A stretch of 64,000 bases of DNA, taken from assembly GCA_026936335.1 (NCBI GenBank), contig JAPMXV010000030.1, forward strand, positions 62,001 through 126,000. The letters are read 5' to 3'. Position 1 is the stretch's first letter. Each line of letters starts with the position of its first letter. This DNA is from Mantamonas sphyraenae STR306 (lineage: Eukaryota > Protista > CRuMs). The position numbers and the translations under genes are program-made. The notes below the pieces were generated by a model. The model was given only the letters and a program-made list of their open reading frames with translations. It did no database searches and was not told where the DNA came from. Shown here piece after piece: positions 36,213-48,008 of this stretch.

Positions 36213-37134
36213 ATGGGTTCTGAATCGTCCAAAATCATCCCGGGCCTCATCCAGGGCGGGGCTGGCGTGTTGAACGACGAGACCTTCTTTGAGGAAAACA
36301 ATGTGACCCACGTGGTCTCTGTGTGTCCTTCGGTGCCCCAGGTGAACCGCAAGATGGAAAAGATCAACTTTGTGGTGAACGACGTCGAAACCGCCAACTT
36401 GCGTCCACACTTTGAGGAAGGAGTGCGTTTCATCCACTCTGCTCGCATGAACGACGGCGTCGTTTACGTGCATTGTGCCGCTGGAGTGTCGCGCTCCTCC
36501 ACCATCAGCATTGCGTACTTTATGACGCTGTACAACATCGACTTTGAGAAAGCCCGGGACATTTTGCGGCACTTCCGCAGCGTGATCTGTAAGTGAGGGA
36601 ATGCTTGACAGGGCCGTTCTCAACGGAACACACTTTCGGGTGCATGGACGGTCATGTTAGTCCCCCGCAAACTCTGTGGGGCTGGAGAAAGACCACGGGA
36701 ACGACCGAAACGAGTTTGCGAATTCGCTGGGCGGCTCCCGCCCTGCTTGTTTTGTGTTTGCGAACCCAGCCCTCTCGCCACTCACACCCACGGCAACTGT
36801 GTGTGACCTTCCATCCACAGCCCCGAACTACGGCTTTGTGTCCCAGCTCGAGGCGTACTATAACGACGAGATGCAGGAGGTGCGCGAGCGGCTGCTGCGC
36901 GACTTTGCCGGAAGCGAGGATCTCATCGAGAAGGATGCGCGTTTCATCTACGGCAACAGCCAGATTGCCATCAACGCAACCATTGCCGCAGAGTTTGACA
37001 GTGTTTCGTCCACCCAGGACGAGGCGGAGACCAAGAGCACGACCACCACGACCACCACGTCCTCCGAGAGCAACAGCAACAGCAACAGCGAGGGTGACGA
37101 CCAGGCAGAGGAGGAAGACGACAACAAGGAGTGA
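36213..37134 (+). CDS. Atypical dual-specificity phosphatase (DUSP22/DUSP15-like); intron 36589-36820
   Basis: Active site VHCAAGVSRSSTISIAYFM, spliced RSVI-SPNYGFVSQL, N-terminal MGSESSKIIPGL (myristoylation-type MGxxxS) and an acidic tail. Confidence 0.9.
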
Positions 37135-37294
37135 TGCAGTGGCAATGGGTGCTCCAGCACGCAGCTTGTGGCCACATGCACGATCCACCTTTTGAAGCAT
37201 GCAATGAAACGTACTCTGTGGAGCCCATGCTGGGGTAGAGCGAGGCGGTGGAGCGCAGGGCGTCTCCTGCGCCAAACCAAACCACCCAGCAGCA

Positions 37295-38251
37295 ATGTCC
37301 ATCATCTTGGAAGGCGGAGCGGCCATTGCAGTGGGTGTGGGGCTGGCCAAGCGGATAAACGACTGGCTCGTGGGCAGCAAAGAGGAACACGAGAAGGAAG
37401 AGCAGGCAGAGTATATTTTGGACGACCTGGAACGGGTGATGGAAGGTGGGGACGACGACCAAGAGTCTGCAGGGGCTGTTAAAAGCGGCGGAGACATCGA
37501 CACAGAGGAGGTGGATGCCATCGATGCATACGATGTGAAGAAGAAGAAGGAGGAGCAAGCACGGCAAGCAAGCAACGCTCACAACGCCATGGCCTGGCTG
37601 GCGGTCGGAGAGGAAGAAGAGGACGAGGAGGAAGGAGATCACAGAACAGTCAATACGACATCCACAGCCGCTGCCTCCTCCTCCACCTCCTCCTCGTGGT
37701 CAGAGTGGGCACGTGTGACCACACGCTGGTGGAGTGGAGACGGGGACTCGGAAGCAGAAGCTGAGCAGCAGACGCTCAAAGAGCTGGACGAGGATGCGGT
37801 GCAAGTGTTGGTGCATGCTGCACTCAAGGGGGACGTAGACACAGTGCGCAAACAGGTGGCCACGTACGGCCTTTCTGTGACACAGCCATTGCCCTACGTG
37901 CCCTCGGGTTCGTCGCTGCTCCACGTCGCTGCACTCAATGACACCATTGCCCTGCTCAGCTGGCTTGTTCAGGCCACAGACAGCGCTTCCATCAACTGTA
38001 CAGACGAACAGGGCCAGACCCCGCTCCACGCCGCTGCCCAAAGCCTCAATGTCCGCGCCGTGGAGATCCTCCTCCAGTTTGGTGCAAATCCGGCTCAGCC
38101 AGACGCAAACGGCGTACTGCCGGCCCATCTGTGTCTCCAGCACGCCCCCTTGCAGAAAATACTCGCCAAGGACTCATCGGTTGCCCTGGAGGAAGAGTGG
38201 TCTCTTGACGACGACGACGACGAGGAGTTTGCCACCGCCGTCGCGCTGTGA
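37295..38251 (+). CDS. Ankyrin-repeat protein
   Basis: Motifs LVHAALKGDVDTVR, GSSLLHVAA, DEQGQTPLHAAAQSLNVRAVEILLQFGANP and NGVLPAHL. Confidence 0.85.
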   Translation: MSIILEGGAAIAVGVGLAKRINDWLVGSKEEHEKEEQAEYILDDLERVMEGGDDDQESAGAVKSGGDIDTEEVDAIDAYDVKKKKEEQARQASNAHNAMAWLAVGEEEEDEEEGDHRTVNTTSTAAASSSTSSSWSEWARVTTRWWSGDGDSEAEAEQQTLKELDEDAVQVLVHAALKGDVDTVRKQVATYGLSVTQPLPYVPSGSSLLHVAALNDTIALLSWLVQATDSASINCTDEQGQTPLHAAAQSLNVRAVEILLQFGANPAQPDANGVLPAHLCLQHAPLQKILAKDSSVALEEEWSLDDDDDEEFATAVAL

Positions 38252-38270
38252 GCTGCAACGCAAAGCACAT

Positions 38271-38698
38271 ATGGCACGCCACCCCGGCCTCGTTGTGGGG
38301 CTGCCCATAGTATTATTTAGCATCGGAGGCACGTTGGCCATGAAGGCCTACATTGAAGAACGGCGCGACCTTCGCGAACCACCCGTCGTCCGCCGAGACT
38401 CGCGCCGTCTGGATAGGAACAAAAAGTTTGATTTGTCCGAAGAGCTGCAGGTACGCTTTGTTGGTATCGCTTTGTATGCACGTGCATGTCCTGCCCGTGT
38501 GCTATGCTGTGAGCACACAGCCTCTGCACGCTGGAAACACGCACGCACCAACGCTCCGGCCACATTTCCGAGTTGCTCCCCTGGCCCCACCTGACCTGTT
38601 TCTGACTTTGCCGCACCTCGCAGAGACTGAAGGACACAGAAAAGGAGCGTGAGAACTATGTGCAAGTGCAGATCGACCGTCCATCGTCCTGGAAATGA
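38271..38698 (+). CDS. COX16: Cytochrome c oxidase assembly factor COX16-like; intron 38451-38623
   Basis: Spliced 84-aa product: GLPIVLFSIGGTLAM (single TM), KFDLSEELQ|RLK...NYVQVQIDRP, which matches the COX16 pattern. Confidence 0.75.
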
Positions 38699-38717
38699 AG
38701 AGGCTGCTCGCTGCGCT

Positions 38718-41700
38718 TCATTCGTTGCCAAACACGTCCCACACAAGCGTCACAGGCACCTCGACGTCTTCCAAAGCCATCGAGTCGTCCTCCAGGCGTG
38801 CTTCTTCCCCACTCTCAATGTCCACATAGCTGGCCACCAGCCGTTGTGGCTGAAGCAGCTCCGCCAGTCCGCCGTCTTGCGGGAGGCCTGTGCGCACAAG
38901 CTCACACGCCGATTCTTTGATACAGTCCATTGTGTCCGTGATTGAACACGGCACGTCCGCACGGAGCGTCAACAACGGTGTGCTCACGACAAGCGTCACC
39001 GAGGGCTCCTCGCGATCCTCCAGTTCGTCCAGTGCCTGAGCCGCCTCCATCGTCATTCTGGCGCCATACTGTTCGTTGGTGTACCACAGACGACGGAACA
39101 CAATATCCTGCACCTTTGTGCTCATGTCTGTGTCCTCCAGGCCTTGGAACAACGGTCCCACGCGGAACTCTTTGGTGTCCAGCACCACTCCAAACAGCAT
39201 TGCGTACCTGTCTGCAAACTGAGACAATGCACGTGCAAGGTCCATTTGACCCCACGTTGTGTGCTGTGCCGCAAATGCGTTGACCATCACGGAAAAGGTC
39301 AATCGATCCCGCTCCTGTTTGGTCATGTCCACCTGTGCCACCAGATTCGGCCCATTGGCATCCAAAATGCGCAGCTGGCGCACCAGCTGCGCCACGTGCA
39401 CATCTTGCGGCACGTAAACCCTGCGGTTGCCATCCTGCGACAGAGTGAGCTCACAGAGCGTGCACGGGCCCAGCTCGTGCTCCAGCTCCTTCTGCAGGCG
39501 CCTGTTCACTTGCAGGCCCGTAAGCCCAGCTCGGTAGTATACGTTGACTCGGCTCAGGTAAGCGCGACTGCTTGCGTCTTCCACAGCCACGTTCAGCACA
39601 TATTCCAGATCGATCTTCCATCGGAAGCGTGCGTGCACCAGATCTCGCGCCTCCACAGTCAGCGAGTTGATCACAAAGTCTTCGCTGCCCTCGTTGGCCA
39701 TGTCTTTGCGGATGAGCTTACTCAAGTGACTTCGCAGTTGTTCCACGCTTGCGTCGCAGTGGCACGCGTATCGCCGCCATTCCTCCCCATCCATGTACAC
39801 CACGTGCTCAAACTCCGGAGGCCACACACGCAACGCCGTGTTCGTATTCCACAGTCCACTCTGCACAAGGTCGCTCACCAGGCAATCCGAATCCACATAA
39901 TGGTACTTGTGGCTGTGGTGTCCGCGTCGATCAAACAGCATCAACCGCGACCCGTGTGGCAACGGCGCCTCCAGCTTGCGAGAGTGTTCCATCACGTTGA
40001 GAACGTCGCCGACGCGATGGTGCTTCTCCACACGCACCTCGTGCACTGCCTCTTGCCACAGGATCGTCACCGTCGTCGCGTCCGATTGGTACCGCAGCTC
40101 CAACTCGGCCCGGTCGCTCAGCTCCCCGTCAGATGTCAACGCCCCCGCTGCGTGCAGATCCTCCCACAGGTCCATCACTGTGTATGCGTCCTCTTCCACA
40201 CCCTTGCTCAGCACAAGCTGTTCCTGCTTGCCGTGCTCTCGCCACAGCAACATCAGCCTCGCCTGCTCCACCTGCAACGTCCGCTGTCCCACGCCCAACT
40301 GGTCCCTAAGAATGTGTCGTACTACACTGCCCATGCTGGCATCGCTGCTTGCGCGCACTTTGGTCTGCTTCGACCCAAGCACATCCATCGTCAGCAAGCC
40401 TGGGTACGCACACAACTTGACACGTGCACGCTCCATGTCTCCGTGCACACTCACCACCAGCTCCACCGGGTGCTGCGTGTCCACAAGCATGTGCATGTCG
40501 TGCAAGTCGTCCGCCAGGTCGCCTAGCGCGTAGTGATGCATTGGAAGCTGCACAAGTTGGTTCTCTGGGCCACAAATGTGTGCATCCACGCCTTTCATGC
40601 CAAGCGAGGCAAGGAAACGACCCACCGACTTCGTTGCTTCCACCTCACGCACTTCGCACGGGAATTCAGCCCATGCCTTGGGCCCACTCTCGTGCATCGC
40701 CACCAGATCCTTCCACTGTGCTTTGCGCACGTCTACGGTGCGCACCCACACACTCCATGCCTGCGAGTCGTCTGCGTCGTCATCCGAAATCAACTGTAGC
40801 TGGGCATTGGCCACTGTACCCGGCATGGCCACCTGCTCAAGGATACACCCACTGTCCACGAGCTCCCCCAGGGTGCACGCATTCATAAGCACCACAGGTG
40901 GTTGCCACTGCCCGTCTTGCAGTAACGACACGCCGAGTTCATGCTGTCCCATTTGCAGCTCGTGCAGGATGCTCTCGGCCGTGCTCCACACACCGCACCG
41001 TACGGGCAGCAAACGTCCACGCCGCGTGTCTCGCACGACCACACTCAAATTGCCATCTTGACCTCCGTCCTGACCGTGGCATAGCACTCGCAACTCGCTG
41101 TTGGAAAGCGCAGTGGCCGTCCACGGCGCCATTGTGATCCCCTGTGCAGGCAGCTCCCACAGTACGAAATCGTCCAACAACACCGTGTCTACGCCTGTCT
41201 CCAGGTTGCGTAGCAGCAGGTCCGAGCCCAATGCCAGCCGTGGTACACGAGCTTGCACTTGTGCAAGCAGCTGCGCAGCCGTCATTGTCGCGTGCACGTT
41301 TGCCTTGACCACCTGAGGCGGCGTCGACATGACGTGCACACGCACATGCTGCCTGTCTCTGCGCTGGAACTCGGCCACATACGATCCGTCTGGCCCACTC
41401 TTCAGCTTTAGCACCCGATACCCGGCCCCCATCACAGCGCGCATGCCAACCTCTACACTCACGCTGGAGTCAAGCAACACGCTCCACCGTGTGTCACCCA
41501 CTTCCACTTGGACGCGTGACATCGACGTGCACACCACAATGCGTGCGTCTTTGCCCCATTCCAACCCCGCCGCGCGCATGTCTTCTTTCAGATCCATCAT
41601 GTCGTAGCCGCCCTTTCGTGCCTCATCCAGCGCCACACTGTGCTCTCGTCCATCCAAGCGCCACACCAGATGTGACAGAGCCGGTATCTCGTTCCCAGAT

Positions 41701-44700
41701 ACAGGTTGTGGATCTCCGTTGCGCCAACACACGTCTCGTGAGCGTGCCGCCGTCCCGTCCAACAGAAACACAGACACGTGCACTCCCTGCTCTTGCATGT
41801 CCTCCACCAACTCACCCACCGTGTATCCGGTGTCAGGAAGCGCGATGCGCTGTCCATCCGGCAGCACCACCTGCATGGTCGCCCACCCCAACCGCCTTCG
41901 AACAGAGGCCACGTCCTCGTTGCCTCCGGCTTGCACCTGACCTCGTCCATACGACAGATAAAGTGTGTGCACATCTCCAGCCTGCGTGTCTACCTCACTT
42001 CCCACTCCCAGCCCCTCCGCCACGTTCACTGCACTCGACGCTGTCCGCAACACAGCCGTACTCTGCAATCGTCCGCCAACCCACACACCTGCTGCGGCAA
42101 GGTCTTCTACAAGGTCCACCAGCTCGTAACGAGTCCCATGGATGGGGACAGCCCGCTGGTTGCCGATGCATAATTCCAACTGGACGTCCTGGAGGCCAAC
42201 CTCGCTGAGGATGAGTTGCACATCCTGCCTGCTCTTGTGTGGATCATCCAGCCAGTGGGACGGCACTACCACCGTGCGCCCGTCGTGCTCCACCACCAGG
42301 CCACCCTCGGTTCGTGTTTCCTTCGTCCACGGTCAGCGTACAGCCTCTGCACATGCCCTCCGCATCCAGAATGCCCATGGCAACCAGATCACCAATCGTA
42401 CAGCTATCCAACAGAGCCACCCGCTGCCCACTCGCAAGCACAACCGCCAGGTCACACGTCTCCGAGTTGCCAGGCACCCGTGCGCGCACTTCGCCCACCT
42501 GATCGATGTTGAGACACGCGTACGTGCTTGTTTCTCCCTCGGCGTTTGCAATGCACACCACCATTTCTCGACCTAGCTTCACCTTGCGCGCGTCTCCGTC
42601 CAGAATCACATGCAAAGCTGCCTGGCTTGCATGCGAGCCCACCACATCGTCCACGAGCATCCCATTCCACACTGGGACGCCCGTCCCCACTCCGTCATTC
42701 GCCAGCTCACCCACAACCATCCCTTCGCAAAAGTCCATGTCCAGCACCTTGCGCGTCTCGTCGTACGTCAGCATGCTGATTGTCGTCCGCTCACTCACGT
42801 CCACCTTGATGCTGGCACACTCCAGCACATAGGCGTTCAGTGCCACGAGCGACTCCGCCTCGGCAAACACCTCGCCTTGTACATCTACATACACCACATC
42901 GTCTGACGAGACCACTGTAAACACGCGCATGGCAACCTTGGCCATGTGTGCGTCCACTTCCACCTCCAACTGTGTCCCGTTGTTGGCCACCAGCACTTGC
43001 AGACGCGACATGGCCATGCTCGCAGGCAGTGCATGTCCGTCCAGTTGCAGCGAAATCACTTCGACAATCCCATCCTTCCACTTCAGCGTGTCCTGAAGCA
43101 TGCGTTGCACCTTTGCTCGCAATGCCCCCACCGTGTCCTGCGTGGCCACACGAACGGGCACACGATCCTTTTTCCAGCGTCGTTCCACAGTGCTTACGCC
43201 TTCTACGTGAACCCAAACGTCCATCAGGCTGATCGCATGCACTGTCCACTCATGTTCCTTCGCCTCAGAGTACAGATCGGCCACGCGCAACTCGTCTCCG
43301 TCCTCGTCGGGGGCACAACTCCACGGTTCGTCCGGCTCGCCGCTCAGCACAAAATGGTCGATGCGCTGTTCACTGGGAACCAGTTTGGCCAGCTCACCCA
43401 GTGTCGCGTCTTCCCTCACCGTCACCCTGTGTTGCCAGTCCATGTAGTGCACATCCATGTCGACCAGCAGCGCAGCCTCGCTCCCAATCTTTGTCTGCTC
43501 CAGCTCCTCCAACTGCTCCAGCACCTCTTCCGCCAACATGTCCTCTTCCAACACGTCATCACCAATAAACAGTCGGCGTACTTCGAGGTTCTGTCCACAG
43601 CTTGCCTGCAGCGCCGTGCGGATCTCGCTCACAGTCGCTGTCGCAAGGCACGACAGCTCCACGAGGGCATTCTGCACCTCAATGGGAAGCACCACACAGG
43701 ATGCAATCTCAGCTTCCAGGTGCAACGTGTTGGAGCTCTCCCACCTGTTCCCTTGTTCGTTTCCAGTGAGAATTATCGACCAGTGCGCTTTGGAGTCCAG
43801 TGTGGCACCTGTGGCCAGCATCAACGCACCCACCCTGCCCACTGCATACCCTGGATTGGTATCCAGACACTGTTGCACGCAAGACTGCACCACATCGTGG
43901 ACTGTCGTATCTTCTGTGGGCTGCAGAGCCACGATCAGCTGCTCCGTGCCGTTCAGCGTGATCTTCACGTCGACCCACGACAAAGCAGCCAGCATGCGCA
44001 AGTTCTGTGCTGGGTTCATGCCCAACAGCGCAGGCGTCGAATCCTCTACGTTCTGTGAGTCGCGTTCGAGCTCGCACGTAGTGAATGGCACGCCGAAACG
44101 CACCGCATGCTCTTCATGCGTCCCATCGACAAGGAAAAGGTGCGCGTGGACGTCGTCAACGGGGGTTTCCCGCAGGAGAAAGGCCTTGAGCGCGTTGATG
44201 AGCTCGTGTACCCCGTTGACTTGGGCAAAGAACGCAAGCCGAAGCATGGGCGTGTGGAGTCCGTGGAGTTCCAACGGCATACTCATTTCCACGTCTCCCA
44301 CCCTGTACAAGTCTTGTGGTTCCTCGGGGACAACCATCAACCGAGGCAGCTGTACAGCCGACGCCAAGGACGCAAGCCGGGTGTGTTCGCTCACAAACGC
44401 CGGCCGCAGGTACGGCTCTTCCTTGTCCATGACCAAGTATGTGCGCATTTCCTCGTTCTTGTGACCTCTGCTGTGATTGCTCGAGCCACCGCCGTTGGCT
44501 TCTCTCATGGTCCAGGTGAGCGTGGTGCACAGCTGCGCCACGTCGCCGAGCGAATCGGCATCCACCAAGGCATCCACGCTGCTGCTGCGATCTGTTGCAC
44601 CCACATGCACGTACGTGGCCATGCGTTGCAGCAACTCCTTCGTTGCTGGCGTGTCTGTTTGCACCAAAGACACACTGCGTGAGCCAGACGCGCCCAGAAG

Positions 44701-45154
44701 ACTCGTCAGGCCCTCTGTGCCGTCCAGCACGCTCTCCGGTTCTTCCTCCGTGCTCAACATGTACACCTCTCGAGATGGCCTGCTGGCCTGGAGTCGAACC
44801 ATGACATGGAGCACTGTGTTTTGCGGCGAGCACAGCAGACGCACACGCTCGGTCGAGGTGTGCAGCTGCACCGAAACGCCCACGAGCGACACGCCAAGCC
44901 GCCCTGGGCTCCTCTCGTCTGTCTTCCACGGCAACACCACGGCACTCTGGTCCTCATCGACTCTACCCGTGGAGTACACACCGTGGACCGTGTCTGCTCC
45001 ATGCCCCGGGCAGGGAGGGCGTGCGCACACGACAGTGATGAACAGTGTGTTTGTCAGCCAACGTTTTCTTTCTTCATTGCGCAACCCACCGTGTCCACCC
45101 CACGGCTGCAACCCGCTGGGTACACCCGTTGACACCGTTGTACGCACCTTCCAT
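38718..45154 (-). CDS. ~2090-aa protein of tandem divergent ubiquitin-like domains; probable 7-nt first exon, intron 45147-44994, frameshift near 42305
   Basis: ORFs 42244-45624 and 38718-42296 abut with a 1-nt offset. Both show repeated ~75-90 aa beta-grasp-like units (for example VELSCLATATVSEIRTALQ...RRLFIGDDVLEEDM, RVATQDTVGALRAKVQ...LQLDGHALP). The Ubl assignment is by pattern only. Confidence 0.6.
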
Positions 45155-45220
45155 CGTGAATTTTGTTGGACATGCCGTCGCCAAAGTTTGTTTTTTGTTC
45201 CCTTCTCTCCACCCCACGCG

Positions 45221-46276
45221 TCATGTGCGGTGTTGGATGACCCAGTCGGCCATGGGCATCGGCGTACGCTCGCTGCGAAAGTACAAATACAGGAAAAAGA
45301 CGGTGACGGCGTCCAGGATGTGCCACAGGGCGTGACCCTGAACCCACGACGTCGGGTTGCACCAGATGTGCATGTTGTCCAACAGCCACACGGTCGTGGC
45401 CAGGGCATATGTTCCCAGTGCAACCAGAAAGAATCTTGTCTTGAGCAGAGCTTGCACGCGGTATCGGTACAGCGCCTCGCAGGCGAGCACCACGCCGATG
45501 AGGCCCAGAAACACCCACCGCCGGTACACGGGATAGAAATACTGTAGTGCGCCCAGACCAGCGTTGAGCAGCAGAAACACGATGTACTGCGCAAACCCAG
45601 GCGACAACCAGCGCAGCCGCACACACTGGTGCAGCAGCAGCGACGTCATCACAAAGTACATGCCCTGAACGTCACACAGCTGGCCGACAAACGTCAAAGA
45701 CGCATGGTAGAACGCACTCATCATTCCCAGAAACACGCAACTCATACCAAACAGCGACGCAAACGGCTCAAATCCATACGCAAACGAGCGCTTGTTGCTC
45801 GAGTGGTCGAAGCAGACCATCAGCGCGCCGGCAATCACAAAGCCCAGGTTGCTCCATGTGTTGCTGGGCTGCCGGATCAGGTCGGTGCGCGGTTGCTCGC
45901 AGAAACACCCGTTGGGCATGCACGTAGCTGGACGCCATGTTTTCCACAGGTCCACCTGCAGCGAGTCCAGCAGCGCAAACGAAAGAACAAACAGCGAAAC
46001 AAGAAGGAGAACCACAACCACGCGGCCCGGACGTGTCACGTCCTTCCACATGTCCCACTCATCATCTGCCAGGCTCGGGTCTGTGAAGCGCACAGGTAGA
46101 TTGCCACTGAAACGGTCATACGACACGTCCCTGTGCGACGACGAGGGTGTCGGCGACGACATGAACATCGACGGCCGTGGCACCACTGCCGGTGGGTAGT
46201 CTCCGTCCGTACTCGACCCCAGGCTGCTGCTGCTATCCAGAATGCTGTATTCGCCTCCGTTCGTCTTTTTGGACAT
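45221..46276 (-). CDS. CREST-superfamily ceramidase-like membrane hydrolase
   Basis: CFCE...QPSNTWSNLGF, SAFYHAS (SxxxH), QLCDVQGM and GHALWHIL (HxxWH) with ~7 TM helices plus an extra N-terminal TM. Confidence 0.85.
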   Translation of the reverse strand: MSKKTNGGEYSILDSSSSLGSSTDGDYPPAVVPRPSMFMSSPTPSSSHRDVSYDRFSGNLPVRFTDPSLADDEWDMWKDVTRPGRVVVVLLLVSLFVLSFALLDSLQVDLWKTWRPATCMPNGCFCEQPRTDLIRQPSNTWSNLGFVIAGALMVCFDHSSNKRSFAYGFEPFASLFGMSCVFLGMMSAFYHASLTFVGQLCDVQGMYFVMTSLLLHQCVRLRWLSPGFAQYIVFLLLNAGLGALQYFYPVYRRWVFLGLIGVVLACEALYRYRVQALLKTRFFLVALGTYALATTVWLLDNMHIWCNPTSWVQGHALWHILDAVTVFFLYLYFRSERTPMPMADWVIQHRT

Positions 46277-46356
46277 TCGGTTTCGCGAGATGATCGTGTT
46301 CTTTTGTTCCGCTGGCCGGCCTTGCGCTGCTTCGTCCAAATCCCGTTTCTTCTGCC

Positions 46357-47939
46357 ATGTCCTCAACCTACGTCACACAGCCTCGCACCAGCGGCAAAGT
46401 GGTTGTCCATACCTCTGCAGGGGACCTGGACATCGAGCTTTGGCCCAAGGAGGCGCCCAAGGCTGTCCGCAACTTTGTGCAACTGGTGAGCTCGACGGCG
46501 CGCCCAGCTGCTTGCCTTTTCCCCTTGCCCCTTCTTCCTCAATGCCGTGCTGACCCGTCCTTGTCCATCCAAACCTCGCCATATCCACATGTGCACCCAT
46601 CCACACCCACACCCACTGGCCCACACGTGCCTCTAGTGCATGGAGTCGTACTACGACGGGTGCATTTTCCACCGGGTCATCAAGGGCTTCATGGCCCAGA
46701 CAGGCGATCCGTCGGGCTCTGGAAACGGAGGGGAATCCATTTACGAGGGTCAGCCCTTTGAGGACGAGGTTCATTCCCGTCTAAAGTTTAGCCAGCGGGG
46801 CATGGTGGCCATGGCAAACTCGGGGCCGGTGTCCAACCAAAGCCAATGGTTTGTGACGTTTGCACCGTGCGAATGGCTTGATGGCAAACACACCATCTTT
46901 GGAAAGGTTGTTGGCGACACCATCTACAACCTGGGCTCCATGGAGGAGCTGCAGGTGGACGACAACGACAGGCCGGTCTACCCGCCGCATATCACTTCCG
47001 TGGACATTGTCCTCAATCCGTTCGACGACATTGTACCACGTGCACCGCGCAAAACAGCCGAGCAGGTCATGGCCGAAGAGGCGGCCGAAGCAGCAGCGCA
47101 GGAACAAAAGGCACAGGAAAAGGTCCTGCGCAAACGCCGCAAGGACAAGGCGCTGCTCTCATTTATTGATACCCAAGAAGAGGATGAAGAGGAAGCTGAG
47201 GATGCGCTCGGTTCTCGACCCTCCGCCTCTGCCCGCCACAAGAAGAAACGGCGTCGCAAGATGCTCTCCAGCCACGAGGCTCTGGACGACCCAAGCCTAT
47301 CCAGCACACAGGCAATGGAAGCGGCCACAGCCGAACAGATGCGCTCTTCCGCTCAGCAGGAGCAAAAGAGGATCAAGAAGAAGCACAAGGACAAGAAGCA
47401 AAGCCTGGCCGAACTCAAGTCTCTGGTTGCTGCACAGAGTGCTGGCACCGCCTCTGCAGAAGCATCCTCATCCGCAACGACGACGACGGGTGGATCCCTT
47501 CCCTCACAGACCCATGGCGACGTGGACGCCCACCAGATGCAGGTCGAAGTCACCGATCACCATCCTCGCTCGTCCTCCTCCCCATCCGCAACAATCAGAC
47601 AAGCAGAAGAGGAACAGGAGAGTGCCCCCAAGAATGGCGAGCGCATGAGCTCACCCGACAAAAGCAAAAGCAAGAGCAAAAGCAAGAACAAGAGCAAGAG
47701 CAGCGACACGGCTGTGGATGAAGCTCGCAAGCGACGCGAACGATTCAAACAGGCCAGCCAGGCACGACGCAAGGGAGGCAAGGCATCGCAAGACGACATG
47801 ATGAAGCGTCTCATGCAGTTCCAGCAGGGAGTCAAGAATGCCAATGATTGGCGAAGTCACAAGCTCGACTTTGACGTCGACGAGCGGGACGACATGTCCA
47901 AATCCTTTCCGGAGGCAGAGATACGTCCAAGTAAAGTAG
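46357..47939 (+). CDS. CWC27: Spliceosomal cyclophilin CWC27; intron 46486-46636; 3' end uncertain
   Basis: [15 protein letters not shown]...[18 protein letters not shown]|[14 protein letters not shown]...[11 protein letters not shown]...NPFDDIVPR...KALLSF...[11 protein letters not shown]...WRSHKLDF. As assembled the frame runs to 48118; a 1-nt shift near 47907 would give a stop at 47939. Confidence 0.9.
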
Positions 47940-48008
47940 CACGTGGCCTGTGTGGGGTCGTTCCATCCATCGCTGCGCCAGGCCGCGCAACGCGCGTTTC
48001 CCGGTTCG

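Noticed and set aside
36640-36720. Hammerhead, TPP or c-di-GMP riboswitch assignment for the structured intron
   Set aside because: Only fragments (GAAAC, GCAAAC...GAAA) match and the core consensus nucleotides are absent, so it is left unassigned.
45155-45624. N-terminal ~200 aa of ORF 42244-45624
   Set aside because: It overlaps the ceramidase CDS in another frame, the intergenic gap and a predicted intron, so it is not part of the Ubl-repeat protein.
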